NCBI GenBank assembly: GCA_000934665.2
Contig: JYFJ02001085.1
Coordinates: 1 to 64,000 of the forward strand
Direction of reading: 5' to 3'
Origin: Catajapyx aquilonaris
Taxonomy: Eukaryota
DNA: 64,000 bases
Position numbers and translations under genes: made by a program. Below the pieces are notes generated by a model that made no database searches, had not been told where the DNA came from, and was given only the letters and a program-made list of their open reading frames with translations. Shown here one piece after another: positions 1 to 12,841 of the stretch (the stretch's first letter is position 1; the number at the start of each line of letters is the position of its first letter).

Positions 1-3000
1 ATCCTGCCGTAGGCTGTAATTTCATTGCGGCTAAGGATGGTGAGGGGTTCGATGGATAGAAAAAGAAGGGACAAGTCCAGACGTAAGCCCGCGGGCGGAG
101 GAAAGGAACAGGCGGAATGGCATCGAAGAAAAACGAACGGTTGTCTTTTGACCATGACCTTGGATATGTATCATTGAGTGTGTCGATCCAACTTAATGTG
201 TTGACTACACAGGAACAAAGTTTTTTTTAAAGCCCGCCTGCTTTATGTCAGTCCATGCATATACGAAGAAACAATGCCTCAAATAAATTAACTCCAATTT
301 TGGTGCAATTAATAAAAACCAGAAACAATAATGTCGAATATGAGAAGAATTTTGTATATGGCTTAGGTATACAGGAAGCATGGAACAAATTAAATGATAT
401 GCACTTAAATTGAGCTGCTACATCCCATGCTATGAAACCTATACAGTCACACACCAGCCTACTGTGTGGTCCATGTCGAGAAAATTTCGTATGACTATCC
501 TGCTTGTGGCTGACCATTCTCTCCACACTCGCTTGTTTTATAGCAGCCTTGTTTACTGAACAAATAATTAATTCGACATGCAACTACAGACCTAATGTCA
601 CTGACTTAATGATCGCTTTGGAGTTCTCAAAAAATTAATAATGGTATACCAGCATATCTACCTTAATCGACTTTCACACTACAAAGGAAGCCGTGGTTGA
701 CTTTCAACCGAAGTATGCGGTACGAAATGACCAGTGCCTGAGGGTACTAGTGTGCGCCAGACTGTCGAGCGAACCTATGATAATTACATAAACAAACGGC
801 AGGGAAGGAAGGCGCATTAGTCCAAGCGGCTAACTCATATCCATCACCCCCCGAATGAGGCCCGGGAGGTGGGCTTCGGGTGGTTGGGTGGTAGGGTAGG
901 GGGGGTTCCTTTTCCTGCCCCGGACCCTGGCCTGTAATTACCCCCAGCCGAGGGGACAGCGGGCGGGGAATTTGGCTCCGGGGATAAGAAGAACAGCTCC
1001 CGCGGCTCTCTCTTTTTCCCGGCTCTACATACGTACTAGCAATATCATTTACACGTTACAAATACGAGTTGTTTTCGGATAACTAGATGGCGTCACTGTC
1101 GTTGTCGCGTTTTCCGGTAGGTGGAAGCACAGTTTCTATGAGCAAGGTTGCCAGTTTAGTAGAGATGGAATAAATTTGCATGTACAATGCACTCAATAGG
1201 CCCCTAGTGAATATAAAATGGTTCAAATTAAGTTATTAATGCGGCGTGAGGTTCGGATTATTTTACATCTGCTTAATGTAATTGGACAGGACAAGTGAAG
1301 CGTGTGTTTGGATCAATCTCCAGCGTTAGTGGTTGGAAATAACGGTTTTTGATGTGCAGAGTTAACTATAATACCTTTATATGTAGGCTACATTATGAAT
1401 TACTACCTTTTTTATAATCTTGTCGTGTTTAATGAGATTTTTGTATGAGCAGAATATCAATGAAATAACCAGTCCGATATATCATTTTATTTGACGCAGG
1501 CGGGGGTGTGAATCCAAAAGTGGAGGGGGAGATGGTATTGAGGGAAAAAAGGGTGGGTTGGCTCAACTGAATAAATCAAAATCTGAAAACGTACATGCCG
1601 CTCTCTCTTCCTTCCATTATCCCCTCCCCGACGCCGGCAATTATTCCCACGGCTGTTTTGTTGCAGAGGGATAAGTGAGTTGAGCACAATAATCGCCACT
1701 TTTATGCACCTCCCCATCCCACACCATCTACCCCACCTCTCGATGTAGAAAGACAGCTGAATAATGACACCCGCGAGCCTAGTTCAAACTAACGTCCAAG
1801 ATGATTGCAGCGTGTTATGGCCACGCAAAACGCACATTTTCTCTCTACTTATGAATAATGCAGATGATGTTAGTTGGGGGACTTGCTAAATTTCCACATG
1901 TAAAATGCTCGCACACTGCGCATCACTATTGGTATTTAGCGAGAATAATGAAAGCAATTTTCAATAATTCTTACAAATTACCACGACCATGTCACAATTA
2001 ATAAGTAAGTATCGTGAATTATCGCAATTACTCTTGTTTTGCCATCATTTCTTCTTTCACATTTCTGTTCTTTCGTGCTTGTGACATTGTTGCCCCGCCA
2101 ACAATTTTCCACTGCCAGTCCCTCACATTTGTCCCATCAACGCATCCACGCAAAATCCCCGGTAATATTTCCCTCTCAGTGCCCCGCACCGCAACCCAGT
2201 CAAACGACAGTCCCTTTGTAACATGACCATACTCGACTGCACCCGAGTCGCTGCCACGCTCAAAGTCCCTATCTAATTAGCGCAATTACCCAGTTCCAAG
2301 GCCGGTTGGCAGTTTATTTTTTCCTCTCCCTCAATTAGCGCACTAGGCAAATAATGCTTAAGCCTATCATAAGTTATGCTAAGCGTCAGAGGCGTATCAT
2401 CACCTGAAAACGGTGGAGGATTAGTTGGACCACCATGGCTGATGGTGTCCGGAAACCACAGGTCTCATAAACTTGTGCAAAAGTCTGGAATTTATTTATT
2501 AATCAGTGTCCCGTGGTTAGAAGGCCGCGATTAATCGGGACTAGTCCACGCCCAACTCAACTCTCGACTCATTTGTTCAGACAGTTACCACCCAAACACA
2601 TGGTGACTTATGGGCTCTTTCATGCTAAGTTACGTACTCACGACCTTTAGGTTGAGAATCCCCCTCCAGCAAAAAAAGGGTCGAAGGAGAAGCTACATAC
2701 CTGTAAAGAGAGACAACGCAGAACATTTTAGAAGACAGTTCAAAAGTAAACATAAGTGGCATTAGAAGAACCCTGGTACCCTTAGGGCCAAAACATTCTT
2801 CCTTAGTACATCGGAACCCACCCACCATCTGCCTATCCCCGCACCTCCCTTTCTTTTTCCACCAACTTCCCTCGCCTCATCTTTTTCGGGAGGTTTTTAG
2901 ACGCGGCCGTCAAAGTTTGGCGATGGGTCTCGTGATATTATCTCTGGGGCGGGCCTGTAATTGCGGCAGTCATGCCACTTGGGCCAAGGGAACACGTCCC

Positions 3001-6000
3001 TTCAACATCCACCACCCCACAACCGCATCCCTCCACCTCTCTCTCGCGCAGACCAAATTCTCTACCCATCCTATTTTGCCCTCACTATTTTCTGTTATTT
3101 TTTTTTTTTTGTAAAGATCCTAAGGCGATGGTCGACTTTTTAGTCGGTGCAGAAATGGTGTCAGAGGTTCAAAATTCCCTTGATAGGTTACAGAATCATT
3201 AACAGATTAATGCTAGTGCACTGCTAGATAATTAGGTGTGGGATTGAAATTATATCCTAAAGAGTAGATATAGATATACGCTAATGCTACTGACCTTTTC
3301 GTATTTATTAAATCACGACTTTTTCAGTCACTTGTCATGTACATATTTATACACACTGGTACACATCAGTTTAAAAAATTTCAATTCAACTTTTGAAGTG
3401 GGCAAGCCTGGAAATAGCGTGATTTTACTGACATATTTATTTACACAGTATTTATTATTTTGAGAACCAATTTGATGCGATATTCAGACCCCGGAAAAAA
3501 ATGCAAAAACAACTTAATGTTGAACAGGATAGGGGTAAACAAAAAATGTATACAAAAAATACCTCCTTAGCAAAGAAAATAGGTCGAACTGAGGTAAGCG
3601 CATTTGCATCGTTGGATATACATACATGCACACACTTTGGCTAAAACACACTCTGACTATACTCCAAATTAAATATTCACATTCGCAAGGTCTGAGAGGT
3701 AGACACACCTGCAGGAAATGTCACACTATCTCCTTTTTTTGCAGATAGGATCGCTAGGTACATATGTTAATTTGAGTGCTTGTTTGGTGCTTCAGGCAAA
3801 ATATTTAACGCATGAAAAATACACATTTGCGTTTTACCACGTACAGAGCCTAAGGGCAAAGTACAACAACACTCAACACCTGTTTTTTTTCTTTTGACCT
3901 TTTTGTCGGCGAAACAGAACTAATGATACTCAAGTTCAGTAGGGAAAAGAGGAGAAGTACTATTGCAACTACTATGATATTAAAATAAGCTCCATGACAA
4001 TAGAACTTCCCATACTAAATTAATGTGCCTTGGGTATGTTTTTGTAATTATTATAATTGGTATAACATCATTTGATCTTGTCCTTAGAATTAATTGAAAA
4101 ATTGAAACAGAAAGAAACAATTGAAAATTTTTCCTTTATGAAAGTATCCAATATATCCATAAGCAATTGACGTATTTTGACTTCGCTTTACATTCTGAGC
4201 TTTTGACACTTGAGACCTCCACATACGTCCAATGAGTCCAAGTTTGAAAATCACAGGCCTCTCTTTTGGACAGAGGGGGGCGAACAAGGTGATTGGGGAG
4301 GGCCGGAGCGCATACTGTATCCAAATTCAATTCTGATTGAGGTCGTCACAGTGGGCTCGTTGAAGCGACCCTGGCAGGGTGCAGGACCCAACCTGGCCAT
4401 TCATCTGCCCCCTCTTCAAAACCAACGAGCGGAAGGTGACACTCGCTGACGGCCTCTTGCAATCCAAACCATTAGCTCCCCTTGAATTAAACGGGCCCCT
4501 AAACCCATTATCCCCCTTTTTCACCCATACCCCCACGAACCTACCCACACTCACCCTTGTTCCCACCAAAAGATCTAAGCTGCGTGCCTAACTTTTTAGG
4601 CATTTCAGGGGATAGAAAATAGATGGAAGCTAACTACTCCGCAATGTAACTATATGCTATACACTATTACAAGCATCGTGTCTGTTGTATATGGCATATT
4701 TTTTCACTCTTTTACTGTTTTATTGACACCATATGTAAAGGCTTCACATCCTATTCATTTTAATAAATTTGCTGATAAAAATTATTTGCGGGCACTTTAT
4801 TACTATAGCCCTATATAGTTCAAGTTTAACTATATATGAAAGCCCGAGAGTGAAAGAATCAAGTACGTGAGTAGCCCAGAGAAGTGCTCTTGATGTTTTG
4901 AGAGTCCATTCCTGTTTCCAGGTGCTTGAGGGTTTCCTTTAACACAATACGGAAAGCCATCATCATCCACTTTGGAACCTCCTCTTTGGCTTTGTCTCCA
5001 GACAAAGCGAATCTTCCTTCAGACCGCTCGTCCTTATATTTACCGTTACGCCTGCTGCCACGGCAAAAATGGGCTCAAAAAACATAATTTTGCAAGGCGG
5101 CATGGCACATGGCACATTCCACATAACGGCACATGTTGTGGCAAGCGCCTCTATTGTATGCAAATTAGATCAAGGGGAAAATTGTTGCTGCGAAACTCAC
5201 GTCACATTGCGTGGTGCTTCTTTTGAGAAATATTCACTTTGTTTTCTGCCCGGAATGAGGTGACTACATATAATACTTGCCCAGTTTCATATATTAAAAG
5301 TGAAACATTACCGGTCTGTTTGTTACTAAATATATGAACACTATGATGTAATCGTACTTTCAACTGCATTTATGCTCAAATGTGTACTTTTAGAATATAA
5401 AAATTAATCTGCTTATAGTTACTAGTCACAATTTGATACAATCAAATATTGTCAAACCTTAACACTCAAGCGTATAAAATTTTGGGGTTGCTTGACTGTA
5501 AAAATCGGGTCTAAAAAAAGTAAAGAATGAAAGGTGAATGAAGGCAGTTGCTGACTGACTGATCTGACAAAAGAAGGCTTTTCCACCCTCCCATCCTCCG
5601 GAGCCGATTCTTCCGGAGAAACCCGGGGATCGGCAGTATGTATGGGTGGATGAACGGATGGGTGAGGGTAGATGTAGGAGAAGGGAGAGGGTGGAGGGGA
5701 GTCATGAATAAATCATCCCGCTAGCTTTTCCGCCCATGATGATGCAATTTTCTGCCGATTACTACAAAAACGGGAAGGCCCATGCTGAAGCGGAACCCTA
5801 GAAGCCACAGTTCCCCCCCTTTCATGCCCCACCTACCTCTATTAGCGTGGATGGATTCATTCAAAAAGTAATGTAATTATGGGAGTGAATTATCAACAAC
5901 ATTAGGAAATTATAATTGCAATATAATAATCAAACTAAAAATAATGTCACACTTCACAAAAGTTCTGTCAGTAAACTGTCAGTAAGACTAGCTTTTGAAT

Positions 6001-9000
6001 TCTATTCTGCATGTCAATCAAGCTCGACAATGGAATAAAAACTTGTGTCCATTTTGTCACCATCCTATATGGTGTCCAGTTGGTCACAATAACTGGCATC
6101 AAAATATTTCCAAGCTGATGGTCATCTCGTGACCTATGCGAATAAGGCTTTGCGTTTTGCGCTGGCGTGTTAGGGCAACCTTTCATATCCCCCACCCCAG
6201 CAACGCACATCCCCTCCCCCTACACACATACACACGACACAATAGTAGCGTGACATACACTCCCATTTTGCCTCATCTTCCGCTGCCAGCCCAACAAAAC
6301 GGACCAGGAAACGAATAGCAAAACTGTGGAAACATTATCAAAAGACTTATTTTGGAAAGTAGCAAAACCACCCCCTCCACCCGCCTGGCCATTTCTTCCT
6401 GGTGGAAGTCCGTTAGTGAATTTTATTGCACAATCATTAGTTGACAACTATTCTCCACTGGGCCATATTATAACAACGCAATTAAAGGCTACGTGTAACA
6501 AGTACAATAAAACAAGTTCCACAGGAAATGTGTACTGTTTCAATTACCAATGAGGTTACGAGAATAAAGGCGGCTATTGTCTGTTGTTCATCAAGGTACA
6601 CGGACCACTGGGTGCTATTCCTACAAGTCATTAGTTCGGTTCTTATCCAGTAATTATCTCCCTAGCCTGTCGTTCTCATAATTTATTTCTGTAATGCCGG
6701 ATGTAACGACACATGCACGTACCAAAAAAATGGTGACATTCATAAAAATTTGTGAGCGCATATTTTATGACAAAAATACATAACAAAATGCCACAAACCG
6801 ACTGTCCACGATATAAATTATTTGGAATTAAGTGCATGACACGTACGTTTTGAAGCACGCCCTTTATCCAGACGGATGATGTTAATCTATACGGCAATCT
6901 CTGTGACATGACCCAGAAAGGAAAGGGATATAGAGGAGGAGCGTGGGTGGAGTGGTTCAAGTTGTGGGGGGTTGGGACACATTTGGGGGGGGAGTCAAGG
7001 GGGGGAGGAAGTGTCAGGTGAGATATATGACACCGACGTGGACTGAAAAAAAGGGTAGGTCATAAATTTAGGCAGTCAGAGGTGAGATTGCCATAAAGGG
7101 CTGCTAAAATCCGGTACTTAGTAGGTGGATGAGTGCCGTGACATGATGAGGAATTGTCAAAAGCTAGGGTCAAACGGAGGTCAAATTCTCAATTGCTAAC
7201 GACATGGGCATTTGCATCACGCATCATAGCGTTTGCATTGTATTAAATAGTGAAGGGGATTGCAAATATGATTATGAATTACATTATAATTGGAGCAAAA
7301 AGTACAGCAAAAATGTAAAATTCAGTGATACATAAATTTTGCTAGAATTAGATATTTTATGGAGGATGTTAAAATTCGCACAAATACCATTTTTCCACGA
7401 ACCCGCAATTTTTTATTGTTACGGTTTGATTACTGAGCAATGATGGAGATGATCTCTTTTTCTCAGAATCACTTAACAAAGTTCATGGAATTGCACTTGA
7501 TATCCGGGTACGTCATTTGACGTCATATCCCATTTATGGTTGATATAACTTGATTCGATCGTATGTGTAAGTGTCTCAGCAGTAAGTGATATGTTATATA
7601 AACAGGCTTGCAAATTTGTTACCAAAATGATGGTTAGGCTTGTTGCATATCTGCAAGGGGTTACATTCTTAAAACAAATTATCACGCGATTCAATTCCTT
7701 ACCTGAAAATCCAGTTGGAAATTGCTGTTTCCCGGAAATCGGGCCATATGCCCGGGCATTTTTCTCCCGTGACTCACTTCCCCTTCAGGAGTGTTGTGGC
7801 CAGATGGAAACACTTGCTACCATGGTGGCCAGATGAGAAATAAGCCGTGGTTCCTCCCAGGCCCAAATCGGCTCTCAACTCGGAGTTAATCGAGGGCGCA
7901 CAGGTAAAACCCCTCTTCCCAAAACACCTCCCCTTCTTTCTCACCTGCGTATCAAAATGTGAAGCTCAAACCCCGCCTCCCAAACCTTCTCATTGGCCTC
8001 ATCTGCTAATTTATCAAGGGCACCTTTCCTCCTTTTTATGTGTTTTACAGTACACATCTCCTCCCAACCACCCTCCTTCCGACGATTTACCTCGCCCCTA
8101 TTCAGATACATCCGTACCGCCTAGTAAAAATGGATGCATCATAAGAAACGAACCATTCTGTGGCAGGTTACTCCATCTGGTTAATAAAGCTGGAGTTATA
8201 CCAAACATCTGCTTGGTAGGGGAAAAAAAACATTAGAGATTTTTATATGCTTGGTTCATGTACGCAGGATTCTTGTCACACCGCAATTTTGATCGTCTAA
8301 TGCTATCATTGTTGAAACTTTTAATAGTTAGAATTTTACATTGGAAAAGTCCATAAGGTTACTTACGCCAGTAGGTTAGAAGAATAAACATTTAAAATAC
8401 CACGTTTGCTCGGCAATACGGACAAGGATTATATTCAGCCACTAAAAGTGGCCTAATGCGTGCTAACAAAAAACCTCGTAAAAACATGACGCAGCTGATT
8501 TGATGCAATGAGTGTTTTTTATTATTTCTTGGACTGCTCTGTTTCATTATAGAAATATGCGAAATATGGTTCAATTATTCAGAACAGTGCAAAACCAAGT
8601 GAAAAATTTAAATCATCGAATGTGAATCTCTTCAGTCAACACTAAAGAGCCGGCGACATTTCAACCAATATTGATGGGTAAACTAAAATCATGACTCGTA
8701 TATACAATACTCGTAACATACAATCATGACCCGGCGATGATAAACCTAAGAGAAACCCATCGCACACTTTACTACCCCTGCCCCGACCATCCCACAGTCA
8801 GGAAGACAACAAGAATTATTACGAGAGAATGCGTCATATGACTCATATCAAATATTCTGGTCCACTAACAATATATATGCAAACTTCGAGCAAATTGCAT
8901 AAAAATTATATTATAGGATACTTATTCTACGACTGGAAGGTTAACATGACGAGAATACCTATTAAAATTCATATATAGGCATACTTACAGATTACCATAG

Positions 9001-9202
9001 CGGCATAGCGCATATGTAAAGCACAAACAGTACATTTATAATCAGTGTTACAATAATTAATGAGAGGTTACTACGAGAAAATGTCTGGAGAATCTATCTT
9101 CAAATGGGTTTTTAATGATATGAATTTTTTAAACCCTAAAACCTTTAGAAACATTGTTAAAGAAATGGCACGAACGAATGTTTTGTAACACTAGCTGCAT
9201 TT

Positions 9203-9602
9203 CAAGGTATGAATTCATCTGGCAAAGTGATGCGGGGTGGAAGAAGGGTGGAAGAAGCATGGCATGTGCTGTCTGAAAGGCCGGCGACGACATTGACGTC
9301 AACGACATCTAAATCCTGGCAAGTATGGATACCACCGTACTGTACATGCCTGCATCGCTCGTTGTCGGGAAAGGCAGGTTGAGCAAAGGTCTGATGGGAG
9401 TGCAAGCCCCTGGCCCCAGCAACTAGCAATGCAGGCATGCACAGGGTTTTCCATACGTGTCAGGATATACTGTAGCTTAAGACAGTCAATGTCAAAGCTC
9501 GACATCTCCAAAACGGATTGTCGCGAGCCTTTCAGCCATGCCTTTTCCATACGCACTCCCTATACCACCCGTATAATTTTGGCAGATGAATTCGCGTACA
9601 CA
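9203..9602 (-). mobile_element. Fold-back MITE, family B, copy 1 (degraded ends, opposite orientation to copies 2 and 3)
   Basis: The ends GAATTCATCTGGCAAA and TTTGGCAGATGAATTC are inverted repeats. Internal blocks (ATCCTGGCAAGTATGGATACC, CAACTAGCAATGCAG, GTCAAAGCTCGACATCTCCAAAACGGAT) are reverse complements of sequence at 31471-31892 and 42734-43116. Confidence 0.8.
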
Positions 9603-10919
9603 ATTTTCGGTACAATTTTTTTTTTACTAATTCTCTAAAATTCCTGAATTAAATATCAGTATCGAATCACATAATAAATTCGTGCAACCCGCCTTAATTG
9701 GGCCCTGGTTCGTTCGATTCACCTGCTCCCTTTACAGACTGAATTTCTGAACAAAATAACTGCCTTCCCCGCCAGGTTGCACTTCAAGAACTTTGTACTG
9801 GAGTTTTTGAGTTTTATGAATATAAATATAAAAAGAAACAAGGATTTTTCTGACAAATTGTGAGTATTGTTTCTTGCGGTTTCATCTTGGGTTTCATGCC
9901 CTCGCCCTAATTAGGAAGTATATTAAGCAGAAATTGACGTTATATTAAGTCTGATAAGGTTCATAAAGTACGATATTTATTAATCCGGTCCTTTTCTGTG
10001 CATTATTTGCATTTACATCGATACAGTGCTCAACAATATTTGAAAAGTTCATTCATATTAGTAACAGTTATTTACCGCACAATGGTTGCATACAAATTAA
10101 CTAGGCCTAACAAACAATAATTTAGTGTTGCACAAGCGGTGTAAAAAGCCGCACGATTGAACCGAAAGTCAATAACAGAGCTAATTTATCTTGACAGCCA
10201 AAGCTTACTAGATGGCCCACCTAATAACAGTCACACATAAAATGCGATGCGCCAGCAATGTTGGCGGATATAAGTGCCCTTAGGAATGAATAATGGATCA
10301 TCATAATTGGTCCATCGGCGAAAGGGATGTGTTGCCAGATTGTTGCGTAATTACCAGGTTGATATTAGATTCTAATTAAAAGGGCAAATCTTAAGCACCT
10401 TCATGTACTCAGATTGACTCATTAATCTGATCTAATTGTAAGAGCCTCTTTTTATCCGGAGCATTTTCTTTTTAACTGAAATGGGCGGGGAATATTTATT
10501 ACCAGTAGGCGATTTTGATCGTTCTGAAATTTTATGGGAGATGATGCATTGTTGCCAGGCTGCTCAACCCCAATTATTTTGTTTCAAGATAATAAATGCA
10601 GGTTGACTAGACGGCACATTCAGTCACTTGTCTCGTATAGAGGCATATACATCGCTTTTCCACCCCTTTTCCTCACCCTGGCGTCTCTTGGAAGAAAATG
10701 AGCTACAAAAAAAAAGTGGAAACGGGACCAAGCTCACAAGATCACGATTTCGCCGCAGGCTTTCTCGTTGACGGGCTCCGGAATCTTTATGATAAAAATC
10801 CGGGTGAATATTGACACGTTGGAGGTTTACTCCCAACTCCCTCGCATATCTACGTTGCCACATTTATAATTTATGAAGCTCACTGTGCTCAACGCAAATA
10901 TTTTCAACACTCTTGATAC

Positions 10920-10938
10920 GAGAGAGAGAGAGAGAGAA
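10920..10938. repeat. (GA)n microsatellite
   Basis: About 9 GA units, read directly. Confidence 0.9.
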
Positions 10939-12492
10939 TATTGTGAAGTTGTAACAATAACCTGCAGGACAGTTTGAATTGTATGTGCAACTGCTGGGCT
11001 ATGGTACTTATTGTGGTATTATTTTTATATAGTATACTTTCAATATATATTATTTTGCTATATTACTAATGTGTGACAGTAATTAATATCAGAGGTCGTT
11101 TTTGCCATACTTTCCATTACTATTAGTGTTAATAATAATGAAAATGATGACGGAGAACCGACCTCAGGTCTTCTTGAATATCACTCATTGTTGAACATAT
11201 TTCTGAAGCCAATATGGGCCATAATCCTCACATGATTGTTCATCTAAATGTAAATTGGAAGAAAAAAATGAACCAATTTTTCATCTTTGTTATTATTTGA
11301 CTACAACCCCAACACCTGGTTAGATGCTGTTCAAGTGACCTGTTTTTCTTGCCCACCTCCGTACATGGCAACACAGCATCGCGGCAACTGGAAAATGCTC
11401 TTGAAGAACCGCTGCTTCACAAAGGAGACGCGATTTTGTGCCCTGATAAAAAAAAGCCCCACAAAGCTGCTAAATCATTGTTGTAGGTAAGTGGAGGAGG
11501 GGGGGGGGGTGNGGGTGCAACTCGGGATGAGATTTGGGCTGCCCACTCCTATCTCTTCCAAAGTGCTATATGGCTCTTGTGGCCACCTTTTTTCTCTCTC
11601 TGTGCAACCCCCTCGGTCTCACATCAACCCCCTCACCCGCTTCCCCCAATGCCAACCTGCAATTAAACAAGGCCCGCACCCCATAATTAGAGCCAGTAAA
11701 TTCACCTCAGCCCATCGCCGTCCGTCATAACGTATGCCTTAGCCGAGGAAGCCACGTTTCGCCGGGTACTGGTTCTACAACGTTTTTTTTTTCTCTCTCT
11801 TCTTTTTCTTTCTCTCACTCTTTATTTTTTATTGTTTAGTGGCTTGTGAGGGATGGGGGATGGGGGTGTAGGCTATTCCCTCCTCCGCCTCCACCTTTGA
11901 CCTATAATAATCATCATCAACCTTGTCTGGCGCACACTAGATGCCCTTTAGTGAGTCAAAGGGATACCGAAATTTCTTTTGGCAAATTGATATCGGCTGA
12001 CAACAATGACAGCCGAAGAATGAGGCCGATTCGACGATTGAATAGGTCACGATTGATCTGAGAAATTCGGCGAAACTGCGAATGTTGCTAGTGAAAATAT
12101 ATACAGATTTTAAAAACTAAAGTTTAGATGCAAAATATATATTCAATGGCCACGCGCGCGTCTTGGTTGTCCCATTGCAATTAATATTAACAAAGAGTGA
12201 TCAATAGTTTATTTGCTTTAGAGAGAAGTTATCCAAATAATGTGCAAGTTCCATTGAAATTATGTGTATTCCACTGAATCTCTGTTAATGGTAATCATTA
12301 ATGAAGTATACGATATTGCTTCGTTGATAAGATATCAATATTTCACTATGAGTAACATTATCACACAATAACATGTGCAAATCTGTTGAAAATTACCGAG
12401 AAAATGACTTACAGAAGGAATAAATCTAATGGAAAACATAATTTAAGAAAGAAGTCTGATGTAAAGAAAATAATTTACATTAGAATGCAAGT

Positions 12493-12841
12493 GGGGAGGT
12501 GTGGTAGCCGAGATGGTAACGCCTCGGCTTGCTGAGTGACAGGCCCCAGGTTCGATCCCCGCCTGGGGAACTTTCCTTTCACCTGCGTCAGGAGGGTCTC
12601 TGACCTGCACCAAGAAGGTGTCTGGCAACCTAACCTCCTGGGGAACAGCACATCATAGCTACGATATTGCACCTTGCACCCATGTTCCCTCCCCAATCCC
12701 CTATCCTTTCCCATTGTCCCTGTTTCCTTGCACCGGAGAATGAAGTGAAAATATATAAATACAGAAAACTGATGGTGGTATGCCACCCCCCCCCCCCCTA
12801 TATCTCCCGTAAGGGACATCACGGGGTAAAATTTTTTAAAA
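12493..12841 (+). mobile_element. tRNA-derived SINE, full-length, copy 1
   Basis: Pol III A box TAGCCGAGATGG (12505-12516), B box GGTTCGATCC (12549-12558) and an A-rich 3' end. A 9-bp target-site duplication AATGCAAGT lies at 12484-12492 and 12842-12850. A second copy is at 62578-62926. Confidence 0.92.

Noticed and set aside
11094..11136. Short inverted similarity to 30852-30896
   Set aside because: About 35/43 matches with a gap in AT-rich sequence; possibly an old repeat fragment but too short to call.
12493..12570. Functional tRNA gene (also 62578-62655)
   Set aside because: A and B boxes are present, but I found no proper acceptor stem or cloverleaf. The sequence continues into a shared body with an A tail and TSD, so it is a SINE.
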